From the IMG/VR virus record IMGVR_UViG_3300004481_000138: DNA of 64,000 bases; one strand, given 5' to 3'. This DNA comes from an uncultured virus (IMG/VR IMGVR_UViG_3300004481_000138). Its lineage: Duplodnaviria > Heunggongvirae > Uroviricota > Caudoviricetes. The notes under the pieces are model-generated. The model did not search any database, was not told the DNA's origin, and saw only the letters and a list, made by a program, of their open reading frames with translations. This document shows, piece after piece, positions 11,671 through 24,700 of this stretch (position 1 is the first letter of the stretch; each line of letters starts with the position of its first letter). The translations under genes and the position numbers were made by a program.

Positions 11671-12081
11671 ATGGCCATATGGAATGTAATAATAATTTTT
11701 GTTATGATATATTATACATTCTTTTTTATAGGATTAACATTTAAGAAGAAAAGGATACAATTAAAAAATATAAATACAAAATTGGATAATATGAGGAAGA
11801 TTCCAGTAAAAAATTTGGAGCAGCAAAAAGAATTTATAAATACAAAATATCCTAAACCAGGAAAATTTAAGTTTACGTGGAAGTGGTTAGGAAAAATATT
11901 ATTGATGATATTAATATCAATAGGTTTGTATAGAGGATACAATTCACTATTTAAATATTTAAATTTAGAATTTGCTTTTTGGCACGTGATATTAATCATA
12001 ATTTTGTTTCCTGTGATAGTTAATTTGGTATTACGTTTATTTCATTTGGAAAGAGATGATATAACAATATTTTTTAGGTGA
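11671..12081 (+). CDS. Membrane protein (3 predicted TM)
   Basis: Three hydrophobic stretches; promoter-like ATCACAACATTTATATA upstream. Confidence 0.55.
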   Translation: MAIWNVIIIFVMIYYTFFFIGLTFKKKRIQLKNINTKLDNMRKIPVKNLEQQKEFINTKYPKPGKFKFTWKWLGKILLMILISIGLYRGYNSLFKYLNLEFAFWHVILIIILFPVIVNLVLRLFHLERDDITIFFR

Positions 12082-12369
12082 TATAAATGTTAGGGTTTGA
12101 TTGTGATAAAGATTTAACTTTAGATGATAGTGTCTTTATACAAGTATACTCGGGAGAAGAATTTGTTTTTAGCATGCCTTGTAATATGAGAGAATTGAAA
12201 GATTTAAAAAAGGCTGTTGAGAAAGGAATAGAAAAAATACAAGATGTGAAGGATTGGCGTGTAATAACTAAGACAAAAAAGTTTTGGGATGAATGTAAAA
12301 TTACAAATAATATGCCTGATATGCAAAAATTATTGAAAGAATATAGGGAGAAGAAGAAAACAAAATGAG

Positions 12370-12888
12370 GTGGTCAACATCACAATAGTACTTATGATTG
12401 GACGCAGGACTCCGCGCAGTTGGTTCCGTGCAGGAATAACCAAAGTGCAAGGCATTATAAGTTTTCAAGAACACTTATTTACTATAATCAAACAATCTTT
12501 AAATCTTGCTAAAAAGAAAGCTAATGCAAGTAATACTGGTATAAAGTTTATAATGACTAGAGAAACAGAGAATGAAGATATTAACTATCAGCTGGAGTGG
12601 ATTAAAATTATAATTCAGGGTACTAAAGAACAAGAGGAAGATGAATATAATGATATACAAGGGTTATATTCACCTTTTGGAAAAATTTTGAAGAAGGATA
12701 TGCCAACTGATGAAAGATTGAAGAGGCAGTTTAAAACAAAACTTTTGACTACGGAAAAAGTACAGGAGGCGTATGATAAAGGTTTTGGCAGTGTGAGTGA
12801 TAATAATATTGCTAATAAACTTTTAGAGATGGGAATCCTCACACACGTGGAATTCATTAAAGATTATGATTCGAGGGATATGATATGA
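12370..12888 (+). CDS. Hypothetical protein
   Basis: 172-aa ORF in a tightly packed plus-strand operon. Confidence 0.5.
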   Translation: MVNITIVLMIGRRTPRSWFRAGITKVQGIISFQEHLFTIIKQSLNLAKKKANASNTGIKFIMTRETENEDINYQLEWIKIIIQGTKEQEEDEYNDIQGLYSPFGKILKKDMPTDERLKRQFKTKLLTTEKVQEAYDKGFGSVSDNNIANKLLEMGILTHVEFIKDYDSRDMI

Positions 12889-13142
12889 AGAAAATTTTTA
12901 TTATATATTTATTAATAATTTTTTCTTTATTTTTATTTGGTTGCCAAAAAAAGCCTCCTGAAATAACATCACAAACCTGTTTAGGCATGGGATATATTGC
13001 TCCACAGGATGCTAATGTATTAATAAATCTAACCAATAAACTTGTTGATATTACAAATTATTGTTTTGCAAATCAAAATATTACACCACTTTCTCATCTT
13101 AAATATTGGCCTGATTTGAAGGAAAATATCATTATAGAGTAA
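12885..13142 (+). CDS. Putative lipoprotein/secreted protein
   Basis: MKK + hydrophobic stretch + LFGC lipobox-like motif. Confidence 0.45.
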   Translation: MKKIFIIYLLIIFSLFLFGCQKKPPEITSQTCLGMGYIAPQDANVLINLTNKLVDITNYCFANQNITPLSHLKYWPDLKENIIIE

Positions 13143-13228
13143 ATATATATATAAATAAGTAGATATATGTAACATTATGTTCATGGATAATAGGCTGATT
13201 TTGTCAATATTTCTAATATTATTGGAGG

Positions 13229-16200
13229 ATGAGTAAAATGGCGGCCGCTGCTAGAGGTGGAGTATTATCTCAAGTTGTTACTAAGGTAACAGACCCAAAA
13301 AGAGCTGATTATGGTAAAGAGACAGTTACAACCTATGGTAAGACTAAGTATGGAGCAACTGTTCCAGTAAGTACAACAGTTACAAAACCATCATCGGGTG
13401 GTGGTAGTTCACAAGTAAAAGTAGTAGAAGTATCAACGCCACAGTTGGCAGTTCCACAAGAAACTCGTCCTGTCTCCACGCCAACAGTTTCACCTGTTGA
13501 AACTCCTACTTTAGGAATGTCAATTGCCCCAGCATTAGTTAAAACTGAGGCTAAGCCAACAACTTTTGGAGAGTCAGCATTATCAACAATTTTGAAAGGT
13601 GCTGAACAAACAGCACAAACAGTTACAACTCCTCGTCTTTCTGGATTGGGTGTACCCACAACTCCAACAATTCCAGGTGATACTAAAAGTGTATCAACAC
13701 CAACACCAGGAATAACATCATATAAAGGTTATATGGAACCAACAGGAGGTTTAGCAGAAACATTAGGTGTTTCTAAAATAACTCAACCAAAAATTGAGAA
13801 ACCAGTAGTAATATCTAAATCACTAACTACCGGTTTAAGTTCTGCTTTAGGAATAAAACCAACAACAGTTGAAACAGTTGGTGGTACGGTAAGTACTGCA
13901 TTTCCTGAGAAATATGATGTTACAACATTATTTAAGCCAAGTGTTACAACAACACGTGTGGAGATGCCAACGCAGAGTTTTGTTGGTAGAGTAGACCCAG
14001 AACTTGGTATGAAACAACTGAAACAGTTAGAAACAGAACAACAAGAATTACTTAATGAATATAATAAAGTGACAAGTGCGTTGACTCCTGAAAAAACAGT
14101 TAATATCGAAGTACAGTCTCAAGTACTTAAAAATATTGGTGAAAAATTAGAAAATACAGTAATGGATATTCAGAGAGACGAAGATATACTTAAAACTAGA
14201 TTAAAAAATATTAATTTATATGATAAACAAGATGTTGATAATTATAATACAGATTTAGAAAGATATAGGCAAAGAGTTGAACAGTTTAATAAAGAAATTG
14301 ATGCATATAATAAACAGTATGGCGAGTATACGAAAGAATTTGAAAATTATAATGCAAGAATTAGAGAAGCAACAAGTTTATCAAATGCTATTAATACTAG
14401 AAATGTTATGGCAGAAGATATATTACAAAATGTTAATAGAAGTCTTATACCAGAGGCAATTAGAGCACCAACAGTTGAGGCTCCAAAAAAATATGGACCG
14501 GGAGAAGGAGCTTTTGATTATCCTTTTTTAAGTTGGAAAGGGCAGGCTGAAAGATTTGGTGCAGCAGGTAAAAGTATTTATTTAGGAGCAACAAGTCCAA
14601 TAAGATGGATTTGGGGTGATAAAAATAAAATTAAAGTAACTGAAGGTACGATACATAATCCTTTTGTAAGAGGTTTAGTTGAAGCAGCAGCAAACCAACC
14701 ATATATTGCGGCTTTACCGATTGCTATTGCTGGATTACCAGCAGGCGCAGCAGCAGCAGTTCCTGGATTAGCAACAACTGGAAGTTATATAGGAACAATT
14801 GGAACAACAATAGGATTATCAACAGCAGCAGCTGAAGGATATGGAACACTTGCCGAAAAAGGTAAGATACCGTTTATAACAGGAATTAAAGAACCACTAT
14901 TTAATAAACAATATACACCACAAATGGATAAAGAAGCAAGAACCGTATTATTAGGAAGTATTTCAGAAGCAAGATTACTTCCAACAACATTAACAGGGGC
15001 TACAGGTGAGTGGAATCCAGTAGCGTGGGTGGCAGAAGGTGTTAATTTAGGATTTATGAGTGAAGCTAGAAGACAACAAGGAATTAATGCATTAGTTGAT
15101 TATTATAAACAGCAAGGATTATCTGATACAGAAGCAGACTATCGTATATCAAAAGTTCAGGAAGGAATAAAAATTAGTAATCAAAGAGAATGGGTTGAAT
15201 TGGCATCTGCAGGAATAGGTACAAATATTTTAGGTGCTAAAGGAGTAACAATAGCTCAGAAATTTGTAGCTCCAAAAATTACTAAAGGAGTACCATTATT
15301 ATATGGTGCAAAAAATATACCTTTAGTTGGTAAGACATTCTTAGGTAAAGCATTATCTGAAGCTTCAACAAAAACTGGGGCAAGATATTTGGCAACCAGG
15401 ATTTTGGGAATGGCACCAGCCGGTGCTTTGGAAGGTATGTATTTTACAGGAGCACAACTTGGAGGTAGGTATGGTGCGGAAATGAAACCATCAGATTATG
15501 TTAGAGGTGCGATAATAGGAGGAATATCAGCTCCATTAGCACAAATGTATATTGAGAGAAATTTTCCTAGAACAGCATTTGGTGGTGTAGAAAGACCTGA
15601 GGTTGCATATACAAAAGTTTTTGGAAAAAAGTTAAGTAAACCAACAATAATTGAAAGGCCAACAGCAAGAGAGACAGTTTTATTTGTTAGTGACCCATTA
15701 GAACCGATAAGTGATGCATTAACAAAAATGATACCTGATATAGCTAAGGGAGTAAGAACAACTGTTGCTCCATTTACTACTGCTGTTACACAAGGTTATA
15801 CTTGGACTACTGATAAAGGTGTTTATAAGTTTACACCAGCATGGGCACCAACATATTCACAGGTATTAGCTGAAACAAAAGCACCAAAATCTGTTAAACC
15901 AGTTACAACTGCAGTTACAGATGTAGTGCCACTTGTTAAAGAAATGGAACTTGTTTCTAAAACAAAAACAGTTCCAAGAGGAGCTATACAAACATTAGTA
16001 AGAGAACCAACTTATGTGGCGCCTAGACCATTAACTAGTACAGTTATGGAATTACAAACACAACCTTTAACACAAGTGCTACCGCAAACACAACTACCAG
16101 TACAACCATTGACTAGTACATTGACAAATGTTGAGTTATTAGCAAAAGTGCAACCAACAGTATCGGTTCAGCCCTATGTATATCCAAGTGTCCAGCCACA

Positions 16201-16675
16201 AGTACAAACACAACCAAATGTTATAACTGTTGACAAATTTCCACCAGTTGTAGGTTGGGAAGGAAGTTTAGGTGAGAGTGTTGCTGGGGCATATAAAAAG
16301 AGAGGCTATAAAGAATGGCTAATAGCTAATCCAATAGCACAATATGGTGAAGAATGGATGGCAAGACAACAAGCAAAAGCGGTGGCTGTTGAAGCAGCTA
16401 TTGCAGGAAGACAACAGTTTAGGTTGGCTCCTCAAGGTATGCAAGTTATTAATAGGGTGTTGCCTCAACAGTTTGTGATGCCACAACAACAGCAGTTTTA
16501 TAAGGTTGAGCCTCAAGAGACTACTAGGCAAAGAGCACAAAGAGCTGTTGAGAGAGGTTTTGGTACTTTGACTCCATTAACTTCAAGTAAAGTTTCTGGA
16601 ATGTTCAAATCACGCAAAGCTTATAAAGTTCCAAAAATGCCTAATGTTATAAAGCCTCATAAGGGGTGGATGTAA
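13229..16675 (+). CDS. Large virion-associated protein (Thr/Pro-rich ends, coiled coil, Ala/Gly-rich hydrophobic core)
   Basis: 1148 aa; composition like genome-delivery/tape-like proteins; function inferred from position. Confidence 0.5.
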   Translation: MSKMAAAARGGVLSQVVTKVTDPKRADYGKETVTTYGKTKYGATVPVSTTVTKPSSGGGSSQVKVVEVSTPQLAVPQETRPVSTPTVSPVETPTLGMSIAPALVKTEAKPTTFGESALSTILKGAEQTAQTVTTPRLSGLGVPTTPTIPGDTKSVSTPTPGITSYKGYMEPTGGLAETLGVSKITQPKIEKPVVISKSLTTGLSSALGIKPTTVETVGGTVSTAFPEKYDVTTLFKPSVTTTRVEMPTQSFVGRVDPELGMKQLKQLETEQQELLNEYNKVTSALTPEKTVNIEVQSQVLKNIGEKLENTVMDIQRDEDILKTRLKNINLYDKQDVDNYNTDLERYRQRVEQFNKEIDAYNKQYGEYTKEFENYNARIREATSLSNAINTRNVMAEDILQNVNRSLIPEAIRAPTVEAPKKYGPGEGAFDYPFLSWKGQAERFGAAGKSIYLGATSPIRWIWGDKNKIKVTEGTIHNPFVRGLVEAAANQPYIAALPIAIAGLPAGAAAAVPGLATTGSYIGTIGTTIGLSTAAAEGYGTLAEKGKIPFITGIKEPLFNKQYTPQMDKEARTVLLGSISEARLLPTTLTGATGEWNPVAWVAEGVNLGFMSEARRQQGINALVDYYKQQGLSDTEADYRISKVQEGIKISNQREWVELASAGIGTNILGAKGVTIAQKFVAPKITKGVPLLYGAKNIPLVGKTFLGKALSEASTKTGARYLATRILGMAPAGALEGMYFTGAQLGGRYGAEMKPSDYVRGAIIGGISAPLAQMYIERNFPRTAFGGVERPEVAYTKVFGKKLSKPTIIERPTARETVLFVSDPLEPISDALTKMIPDIAKGVRTTVAPFTTAVTQGYTWTTDKGVYKFTPAWAPTYSQVLAETKAPKSVKPVTTAVTDVVPLVKEMELVSKTKTVPRGAIQTLVREPTYVAPRPLTSTVMELQTQPLTQVLPQTQLPVQPLTSTLTNVELLAKVQPTVSVQPYVYPSVQPQVQTQPNVITVDKFPPVVGWEGSLGESVAGAYKKRGYKEWLIANPIAQYGEEWMARQQAKAVAVEAAIAGRQQFRLAPQGMQVINRVLPQQFVMPQQQQFYKVEPQETTRQRAQRAVERGFGTLTPLTSSKVSGMFKSRKAYKVPKMPNVIKPHKGWM

Positions 16676-16676
16676 A

Positions 16677-16988
16677 ATGTTTCATAAAAATAAGAAAGGT
16701 TATAGCACAGGTTTTGCTTGGATTTTTGGACTAGTTACATTATTTGGATTGGGAATACTTTATGTTGTCTTTAACCAAGTTTTTTTAGGGTATTTGGTTC
16801 CAACTATTAAAATGCAAGTTAATAGTAGCTATCCGCCAATTGATGCTGCTACACAACTTGAAATAAATTCAGGCATAGATAAGTATATGTCTTTTTTTCA
16901 TATTCTTCCGTTTGTATTATTTTTTGTTGTAATAATATATATGATAGTTGTTGCAATTAGGAAGGAAAGAGAAGGAGAATTCCAGTGA
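16677..16988 (+). CDS. Small two-TM membrane protein with basic KKG leader
   Basis: MFHKNKKG followed by a hydrophobic helix (class III signal-like); second TM near the C-terminus. Confidence 0.55.
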   Translation: MFHKNKKGYSTGFAWIFGLVTLFGLGILYVVFNQVFLGYLVPTIKMQVNSSYPPIDAATQLEINSGIDKYMSFFHILPFVLFFVVIIYMIVVAIRKEREGEFQ

Positions 16989-16997
16989 GGTGTTAAA

Positions 16998-18719
16998 ATG
17001 AGTATGTATGGAATGAATAATCTATCTGATGTTTTTGGTGGGAAAATAATGGGATTAAATAAGCCTTTTAATGACGAGGATGTATTAACAAAAGTTAGTG
17101 AGCCAAGTAGTCCTTTTAAAGAACCAAAAATATTAGTTAAAGGAAACAATTTTGAAGGCAATACATTGAAAGGGTTTGGTGGTTCATTATCTTTTTCAAA
17201 AGGCAACGGATTTGAGAATATGGTTATGTCCTTAAGAGGTAAGGGCAATAATAATTTTGGTAAGATTTCATCCTCAGCAATTGAAAATAAAATTTTTGGT
17301 AGTTTCAAAATAGGTAACCAGTTTTTTAACCCTAGAGGACAGGTAAGACAAGCTAGTGGGTTTGAACAAGCATTATATGGTGGTAGAGTAGGCCAAGGTA
17401 AAGTATTTCAAGATTTTATTGCTAGAAATAGGGCAGTAAAAACACCTGTTGGAAAATTACAAGTAGTCAATATTCCAAAATCTTCAAATAAATTACCAGC
17501 AGTGATTCCAAGTGATACAAGTGTTGATACATATCAACAAGAAAGTTTTGAAACGTATGGTGAGAAATATGGCAAGCCCGGTATTATTGAGACTGCTGAG
17601 AAGTTAGGTAGTGGAGTAGTAACTGTTGGTAAGGCAACAGGAAAAGCATTAACAACACTTGGAACCGGGTTGGGCAAGGGATTAAAGGCTTTAGGTGAGG
17701 GTACAGGAGTTATTGATACGCCCGAGCAGGCGGCTTTAAGAATGGAACAACAGAAAGAGATGTTAAAGCTTAGAACTGAAGCAATAAGACAACAGCAACA
17801 ATTATTGACACAACAACAAGCACGTCAAATAGTGCAACCTGGATATAATCCATACGGAATGGTTCCTGGAGCAATTCCATATGGTACTAATTTAGGGTAT
17901 AATCAGCCAATGGATTATGGTATGAGTAGAGGTTTAGGATTAATGGGTCCTCAAGGATGGAATATTATAGGTCCACAAACATCTAGGACGCCACAACAGA
18001 AAGTGATTGAAGGATATGGAATGGGAATAACAGGTGGTGTAGAACCAGAGAATATAAGATTTTTAGCAGGAGTAGCTGGCGGGGGATGGGATAAAATAAG
18101 AGAAGCTGGTTTTGTTCCACAAACTGAACCATATGCCAATAAAGTTATAATGTCATTAGCACCATTAAAAACAGTTGTTCCGTATACTGAAAAGGTTAGA
18201 GAAAGCTTGGCGGGGGCTACACAATTTGGTGGTGAATCAGCAGAGGATAAAATAATGAGATATTTAGGAAGGAAAAAGCCAGAGCAAGAAATAAAAAAAC
18301 AAGCTGCAGTACAACAGCTTGTACAAAGAGCAGTTCCATACCCAAGAGAATATTATAAATATGAAGAACTACCTGGGGGACCAACGTATCCGCGTCCAAC
18401 ACAACTGTCACAGCCAGCACCATTAATGCCTATACCAGAAACAAGACAACAACGCCAATTGAAAGAGCAATTATTGCAGCAACAGTTATTACAACAGCAG
18501 CAACAACAACAATTACAATATATACCACAAAGTCGAGGACAACCAGTTCGAACATCAGAACAGACTGCAACAGGTTTGAAATATAGTCCTTATAGTAAAA
18601 AGTTAGTGACTTATACTAGAGGAGAGTATAGAACAAGAAAACCAAAATATATGCCTTCACCAGAACAATTTCAACCTCAATATGCGCAACAGCCAGCTCC
18701 AGCAGTTTGGCAGTACTAA
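16998..18719 (+). CDS. Gln/Gly/Pro-rich low-complexity protein
   Basis: 573-aa ORF with poly-Q tracts; GAGGTG RBS. Confidence 0.55.
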   Translation: MSMYGMNNLSDVFGGKIMGLNKPFNDEDVLTKVSEPSSPFKEPKILVKGNNFEGNTLKGFGGSLSFSKGNGFENMVMSLRGKGNNNFGKISSSAIENKIFGSFKIGNQFFNPRGQVRQASGFEQALYGGRVGQGKVFQDFIARNRAVKTPVGKLQVVNIPKSSNKLPAVIPSDTSVDTYQQESFETYGEKYGKPGIIETAEKLGSGVVTVGKATGKALTTLGTGLGKGLKALGEGTGVIDTPEQAALRMEQQKEMLKLRTEAIRQQQQLLTQQQARQIVQPGYNPYGMVPGAIPYGTNLGYNQPMDYGMSRGLGLMGPQGWNIIGPQTSRTPQQKVIEGYGMGITGGVEPENIRFLAGVAGGGWDKIREAGFVPQTEPYANKVIMSLAPLKTVVPYTEKVRESLAGATQFGGESAEDKIMRYLGRKKPEQEIKKQAAVQQLVQRAVPYPREYYKYEELPGGPTYPRPTQLSQPAPLMPIPETRQQRQLKEQLLQQQLLQQQQQQQLQYIPQSRGQPVRTSEQTATGLKYSPYSKKLVTYTRGEYRTRKPKYMPSPEQFQPQYAQQPAPAVWQY

Positions 18720-18727
18720 TCGTAGGT

Positions 18728-18740
18728 TATATAAATGACC
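18728..18740 (+). promoter_or_regulatory. TATATAAATGACC promoter motif (putative late class)
   Basis: Same motif at 30869-30881 and 42220-42232, each upstream of a structural or small-protein operon. Confidence 0.6.
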
Positions 18741-18774
18741 GGCGATATTATAATCTTAATGGGAGGGTGCCAGA

Positions 18775-21700
18775 GTGAATAAAAGTATTTTTTTAAAAAA
18801 AATTACTTTGTGGGCTATCATAATACTTATTTTAGTAGTACCAGTATCTGCTGAATATTTTAAGGTAGAGAATGGTTTAGCATTCGCACAGACTGCAAGC
18901 ATATCCACGTATCAATGTATGAAGATAAAGATAAATAATCAGTCAGTAGTATTGATAAATGTTTCTAGAGCTGCTGGTGCTGGCGGCACACAGTTCGTAT
19001 TAAAAGATGCGTCTAAGAATGATATACTTGTTAGTACATGGAATATTGCAGAAAATGGTACTATCGGATATACTTTACTTTCTGAGACAGAATATTTTTT
19101 ATGTGATTATAATGATGGTAATTCGTTCACACTAAAATATAATGATACGAGTAGTTATCCTATAAATACTACATTCGCTAACTGGATTGGGGAAATGGAT
19201 GATGTGAATGAAGGCACAGCATATAGTAGGCAAATAACAGCATTTACAATATCAGATGTACCGCTAGGGACTTTAAATTGTTCTATCCTAAATCAAACTG
19301 CTAAGGTAGAGAATGGTCTAGAATTTACGCAGACTGCAAGCATATCCACGTATCAATGTATGAAGATAAAGATAAATAATCAGTCAGTAGCGTTGGTAAA
19401 TGTTTCTAGAGCTGCTGGTGCTGATGGTACACAGTTCGTATTAAAAGATTCGTTTAAGAATAATGTATATAATGCTACATGGGGTTTTGTAGAGAATGGG
19501 TCTTTATGTTATACTTTATTAAGTGGACAAAATTATTATTTATGTGATTATAATGATGGTAATTCGTTCACACTAAAATATAATGCTACCAGCAGTTATC
19601 CTATAAATACTACATTCGCTAACTGGATTGGAGAGATGGATGATGTAAATGAAGGCACTGCATATAGTAGGCAAATAACAGCATTTACGATAAAACATAA
19701 TATATCTCTACCCACGCCTCCATTTGATACTTCTGCGTATAATGTAACATTCCCTTATGCGGATAATGCTGTAACTAGTAATAATAATTTGACAATAAAT
19801 TTTACAACCACAGACCCATATTATAATCATACAAAATATACATTAATAGATTATCAAAATACTCTAGAAAATGGTCTTATAGCATATTATCCATTTGAGG
19901 AAACATCAGGTAATGCTATAGATGTAAAAGGGGTACATAACCTTACACTAACAGGTACATTAGAAACCATACCATGCATAAAAGGTAGTTGTAGGAATTA
20001 TACTGGTAATGCGAGTAACTATTTTAGTACGTCTTCATGGAATGGGCTATTAAATTTTAGTACTGGCGAATCATTCACGTTTAATGTATGGGCAAATTTT
20101 CAAGACAATGTATCAGTATATAGGGTATGGGGTGGCGGCGGTCAGGGTACATGGGGCGATGAAGATAATAGACAAACATTTTTTGGTGGCGGATATAATG
20201 CAGGATGGGCTGAAGGCACGAGAATAAATTATGGTAGTTGTGTAGGTACTAATTGTGTCGAATCAATACCTTCAGCAAATATTAGTGGATGGAGAATGTA
20301 TACGATTACCAAAAATGCAGCTATTAATGCTAGTCAAATATTATTATATATTGATGGAGTATATTATGATACACAGGAATCAGAGTTAGAATGGGATATT
20401 TTTGCTGACGAATTTTTTGTAGGTGCGAGAAGGAATCTAGAGACTGGTATTGTTGAACCAATGGTAGGATATATAGATGAACTAGGTATATGGGATAGGA
20501 GTTTGACAACTACAGAATTACAAGAATTATACGATTTGTCATCAGTAACTAATGCTACAAATATTGATACAGTAAATACGTCATATACGTTTGCTGAACT
20601 TCTAGACGGAAGATACTATTATGGATTGACAATATATGACGATTATGATAACAGCCAATTCTACGACCCTAATGTAACTATAGATACTACTGCACCTACA
20701 ATAAACTTTACTACAGGCACGACACCAAATGGAAGCTATATTGATGGATTGAGAAATATATTTATAAATATTTCTTATATTGAAGAAAATCCTGCGAATA
20801 TAACATATTATTTGTATAATACTACAGGATTGTATGCTAGTATTATAGAATCACAATATAATGATGTGGTACAATACTTATCATTTGATAATTTACTTAC
20901 TTCTTCCACAGGATTGTATAATGCTACAAATACTAGTGGTGCATGGAGTTATAATAATGTTACAAAAAAAATAGGTAGTTCAATAAATATGGAGACATCA
21001 ACTGCAAGTATTAATTTGAGTGATGCATTATTCAGGCCTACATCATGGACTATTACATTCTGGTTTTATCCAAAAACTGTAGCTACAGGCACAACTACGG
21101 GAGTGTTTTGGAGGCGTAACGATTATGCTTCTACATGGGGTCCTTACTGGATGACATATTATACTGCTTCAGGGATACCTAGGATACAATATGTTACAGA
21201 AGGACATAATGCGTATAGCAATAGTATAACCTCTGTAGGTTATGGGAGTATATCTACAGGTAGCTGGTATTATGTTACTGCAACATACAATAATAATACT
21301 AGGAAAATGAAGTTATATATAAATGCTCAGGAGGTAACTAATTTTACTAAGAGCGGACAGCCAAGCTATGGTAGTAATAATTGGACTACAGATATAGGAG
21401 ACCCAACAACACATTCAGGTACTAGTGCAAACTTTATGATGGACGAATTTGCACATTATGCTAGAGAATTGACTGATGAAGAGATAAAAACATTATATAA
21501 TGGTGGTACTGGAAAAAATTATACACAATTACCACCTATAGCAGGATACCATAATTTTACTAATCTTCCTAATGGACAATATTATTATAATGCTACAGTA
21601 ACAGATTTGGCTGGGCAGTCCGGTAGTACTCCTACATGGCAGGCAGATATTGTTGGAAACTTTACACCAGGATATTATACTGTCACAGCAAAATATGCTC

Positions 21701-24700
21701 CAGGAACTTATACAAACGATAATGATTATTATGTTATAGGAAATACTACTGATATATATTTTGACCATTGGAGTATAGTATTAAATAATTTGAGCTATTA
21801 TGAATGTTATCAAGAAACAGCCAATGATAGTAATGTGTTGGATGGAGAATGTGGGTTGACATATAATGGTGTATATACTGGTACTGGAACCGGCGAAGCA
21901 AGTTTTTATGTTAATTATACTAAACCAATTAAAAATATTAATGGTGTAGTATGGAATATAAAAGCAGGTGTAAATGCAACACCAAATACATATAATATTG
22001 TTTTGCCAGAAATTTGTACAAATCAAACTATTATACAATTATTAGCAATTGATATATCAAATAATATAACTACGAAATGTTATAATGGTATTAATTGGCA
22101 AACATTGTCAAGTTTAGGAATTGCAACAAGTAGTGCTGGCGGTGGTAATACCTATTATGATGCACGAATTGATGGGGATTGGAATACTTGTATGGCAAAT
22201 TATGTTAGTAGTGGTAATGTTTGGAGAAATTCTCCTTTTCCTAATGGAATATTTACTCTTTGTGAGGAATCTATAATATGGAGGTTAGATAATACTAATA
22301 TTAATGTATCAAATATTCGTATGGCTTATTATAATTTGTTGGACGGAATATATTATAATAATATCTCTGCTACTGATAAAGCATTGAGTACATACTTGTG
22401 GCAGAATTATTTTACTATTGATACAATATATCCTACAATAAATTATACAACAGGTACAACACCAAACGGAAGTTATATTAATGGGCAAGGTAGTATTTTT
22501 ATAAATATTACGATAAATGATACTAATGTGAATTATAGTATTATTAGATTATATAATGCTTCAGGAACATTGATTAATAGTACTATAGGATTGTCAGCAA
22601 ATTATACAAACTTTTCTACTGGCATATATTATTATAATGCAACAGTAACAGATTTAACAGGGCAGTCAACATCAACACCAACATATATAGCAATAATTAT
22701 AGATACATTTCAATTACAATATTATAATGTTACATTCCAGTACGAAAATAATTCGTATTCAACAAATAATTCTTTGGCAATGATGTTCACAAGTACAGAC
22801 CCATACTATGATTATGCAGAGTATGAAATAAGAGAACTAAGTTATGGCTATACAACACCAGAGTGTTACCAACAAAATAGTAATGATACAAACTGCGGAA
22901 CAACTGCTGGGTTATATTATATAGTATACGGTGCTCTAAATTCTGCGGATAATGTAAATGGTATAAACCAAATATTTGTGTGGTATAAACCGTATGGTGT
23001 AAACTCTAATACTCGTTTTGAAACAAGGATTGGATTAACAGCTAATCCGGTGATAAATTGGACGATACCAAAAGCGTGTTTGGATTATTCACCATATAAT
23101 GTAACATTTGCATATACAGATAATTGTGGAACATCGTGTGGACCGCGTTATTTGAGATGTTATGCTGGTACCACCGGTAATGCTGAGAGTGGTCCGTGGA
23201 TGCTTATTTCAGCTCCACAATATACATCATCTGGTGGTGGTAATGCTGTGGACCCAACAAATTCAACTCAAAGAATTTTTGATAATGATTATACAACATA
23301 TCTGGTACCAAGATATCTTGGGGCTCCGTCTATTTATTGGGCAACAGTTGATGATGGCGGTAATGTTGGTAATCATAGGATGTATGATAATGCTATGAGA
23401 TGGTATGGTAATACAACAAAGACTGTCACAGTTAATAAAAATATGACGTTTCCAAATCTTGCAAATGGCAGGTACTATTATAGTGTAAGAGTATATGATA
23501 AGGCAGGTAATAGTTACTTGTTTGACCCATATGTTACCATAGATGCTACTCCACCAAATATTACATATTCCCAATATACAACGTTGAATGGTAGTTATGT
23601 TGGTAATTCAAGTAATATATATGTCGACTCCATCATCTTTGAAGAAAATATTAATACCAGTATTATACGTTTATATAATTCTTCTAGTGATTTGATAGAT
23701 AGTGTATCAAGTAATTCTTCATATCAAACTTTTATTTTACCATACTATTTTAATGATACAAGTAATAGTGTGTGGGTGAAGACAAACTTGGTTGAAGGGC
23801 AAACATATTATTTTACTATAAAAGGAGGTAATGTTTCAAAAAATAGCGGCGATGATGTCTTCGAATTTTTTGACGACTTTGAGGGTCCAGCATATTTTAG
23901 TGGTGCTTTTGATTCTAGTAAATGGAATAATCAATATGCTGATTTAAATTCAATATTGGGTAAGATTAATGGTACATATATTATTGGTCAATCAGATAAT
24001 TCGTTGTTGCGTAGGAAGGGTATAAATACCACCCAAACATTTGGACTTGGATATGCCACAGTTTTTAGAGCAAAGGATAATATTGGACAATTATATAGAG
24101 ATGTAATAGGTTTTGGCGGCAGGCTTGGTTCTTTGGGCGACCATTCATCAATTAATGTAACAGGATTTAATGGTTTAACCTCCGGACCAGGTTATTTGTC
24201 TATACAAAATTCTACCGGTTCAGTAAACTATTATTATAGTAATTATACGTCCAACGATGTATTCCATATATACCAGGTTGAGAGGTTTAATAATACACTG
24301 ACAAAGTTTTACCAAGATTATGGTACACTCATAAATGGTACAGTAACAGATGATGCTGGTAACAATTCATTATCTTTCATGTTTGCATCAAAAGTCAATA
24401 ACAGTATAGTCACACTGGATTGGGTTGGTGTATATAAAGTAGATGTAGATGGACCAAGTATAGAATGTAGTAATAATATCTGTAAGGTTATAGTAACAAA
24501 AAATCTTTCAAATTACCAATTAAGAATACCGCTTGCGCCAACTTCGCCAGATATAGATATTCTTGTAACCACTAACAATGTTGTACATAATTTCACATCA
24601 CTCTCTACTGGTAGGTACTATTATAATATGACAGTTACAGATTTGGCCGGTTTTACAACAAATACACCAACATACCAGGCAGATGTTGTTGGACCATTTA

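Noticed and set aside
18862..19691. Duplicated segment as a DGR template/variable repeat pair
   Set aside because: Differences are not adenine-specific, both copies are in-frame coding, and there is no reverse transcriptase in the window
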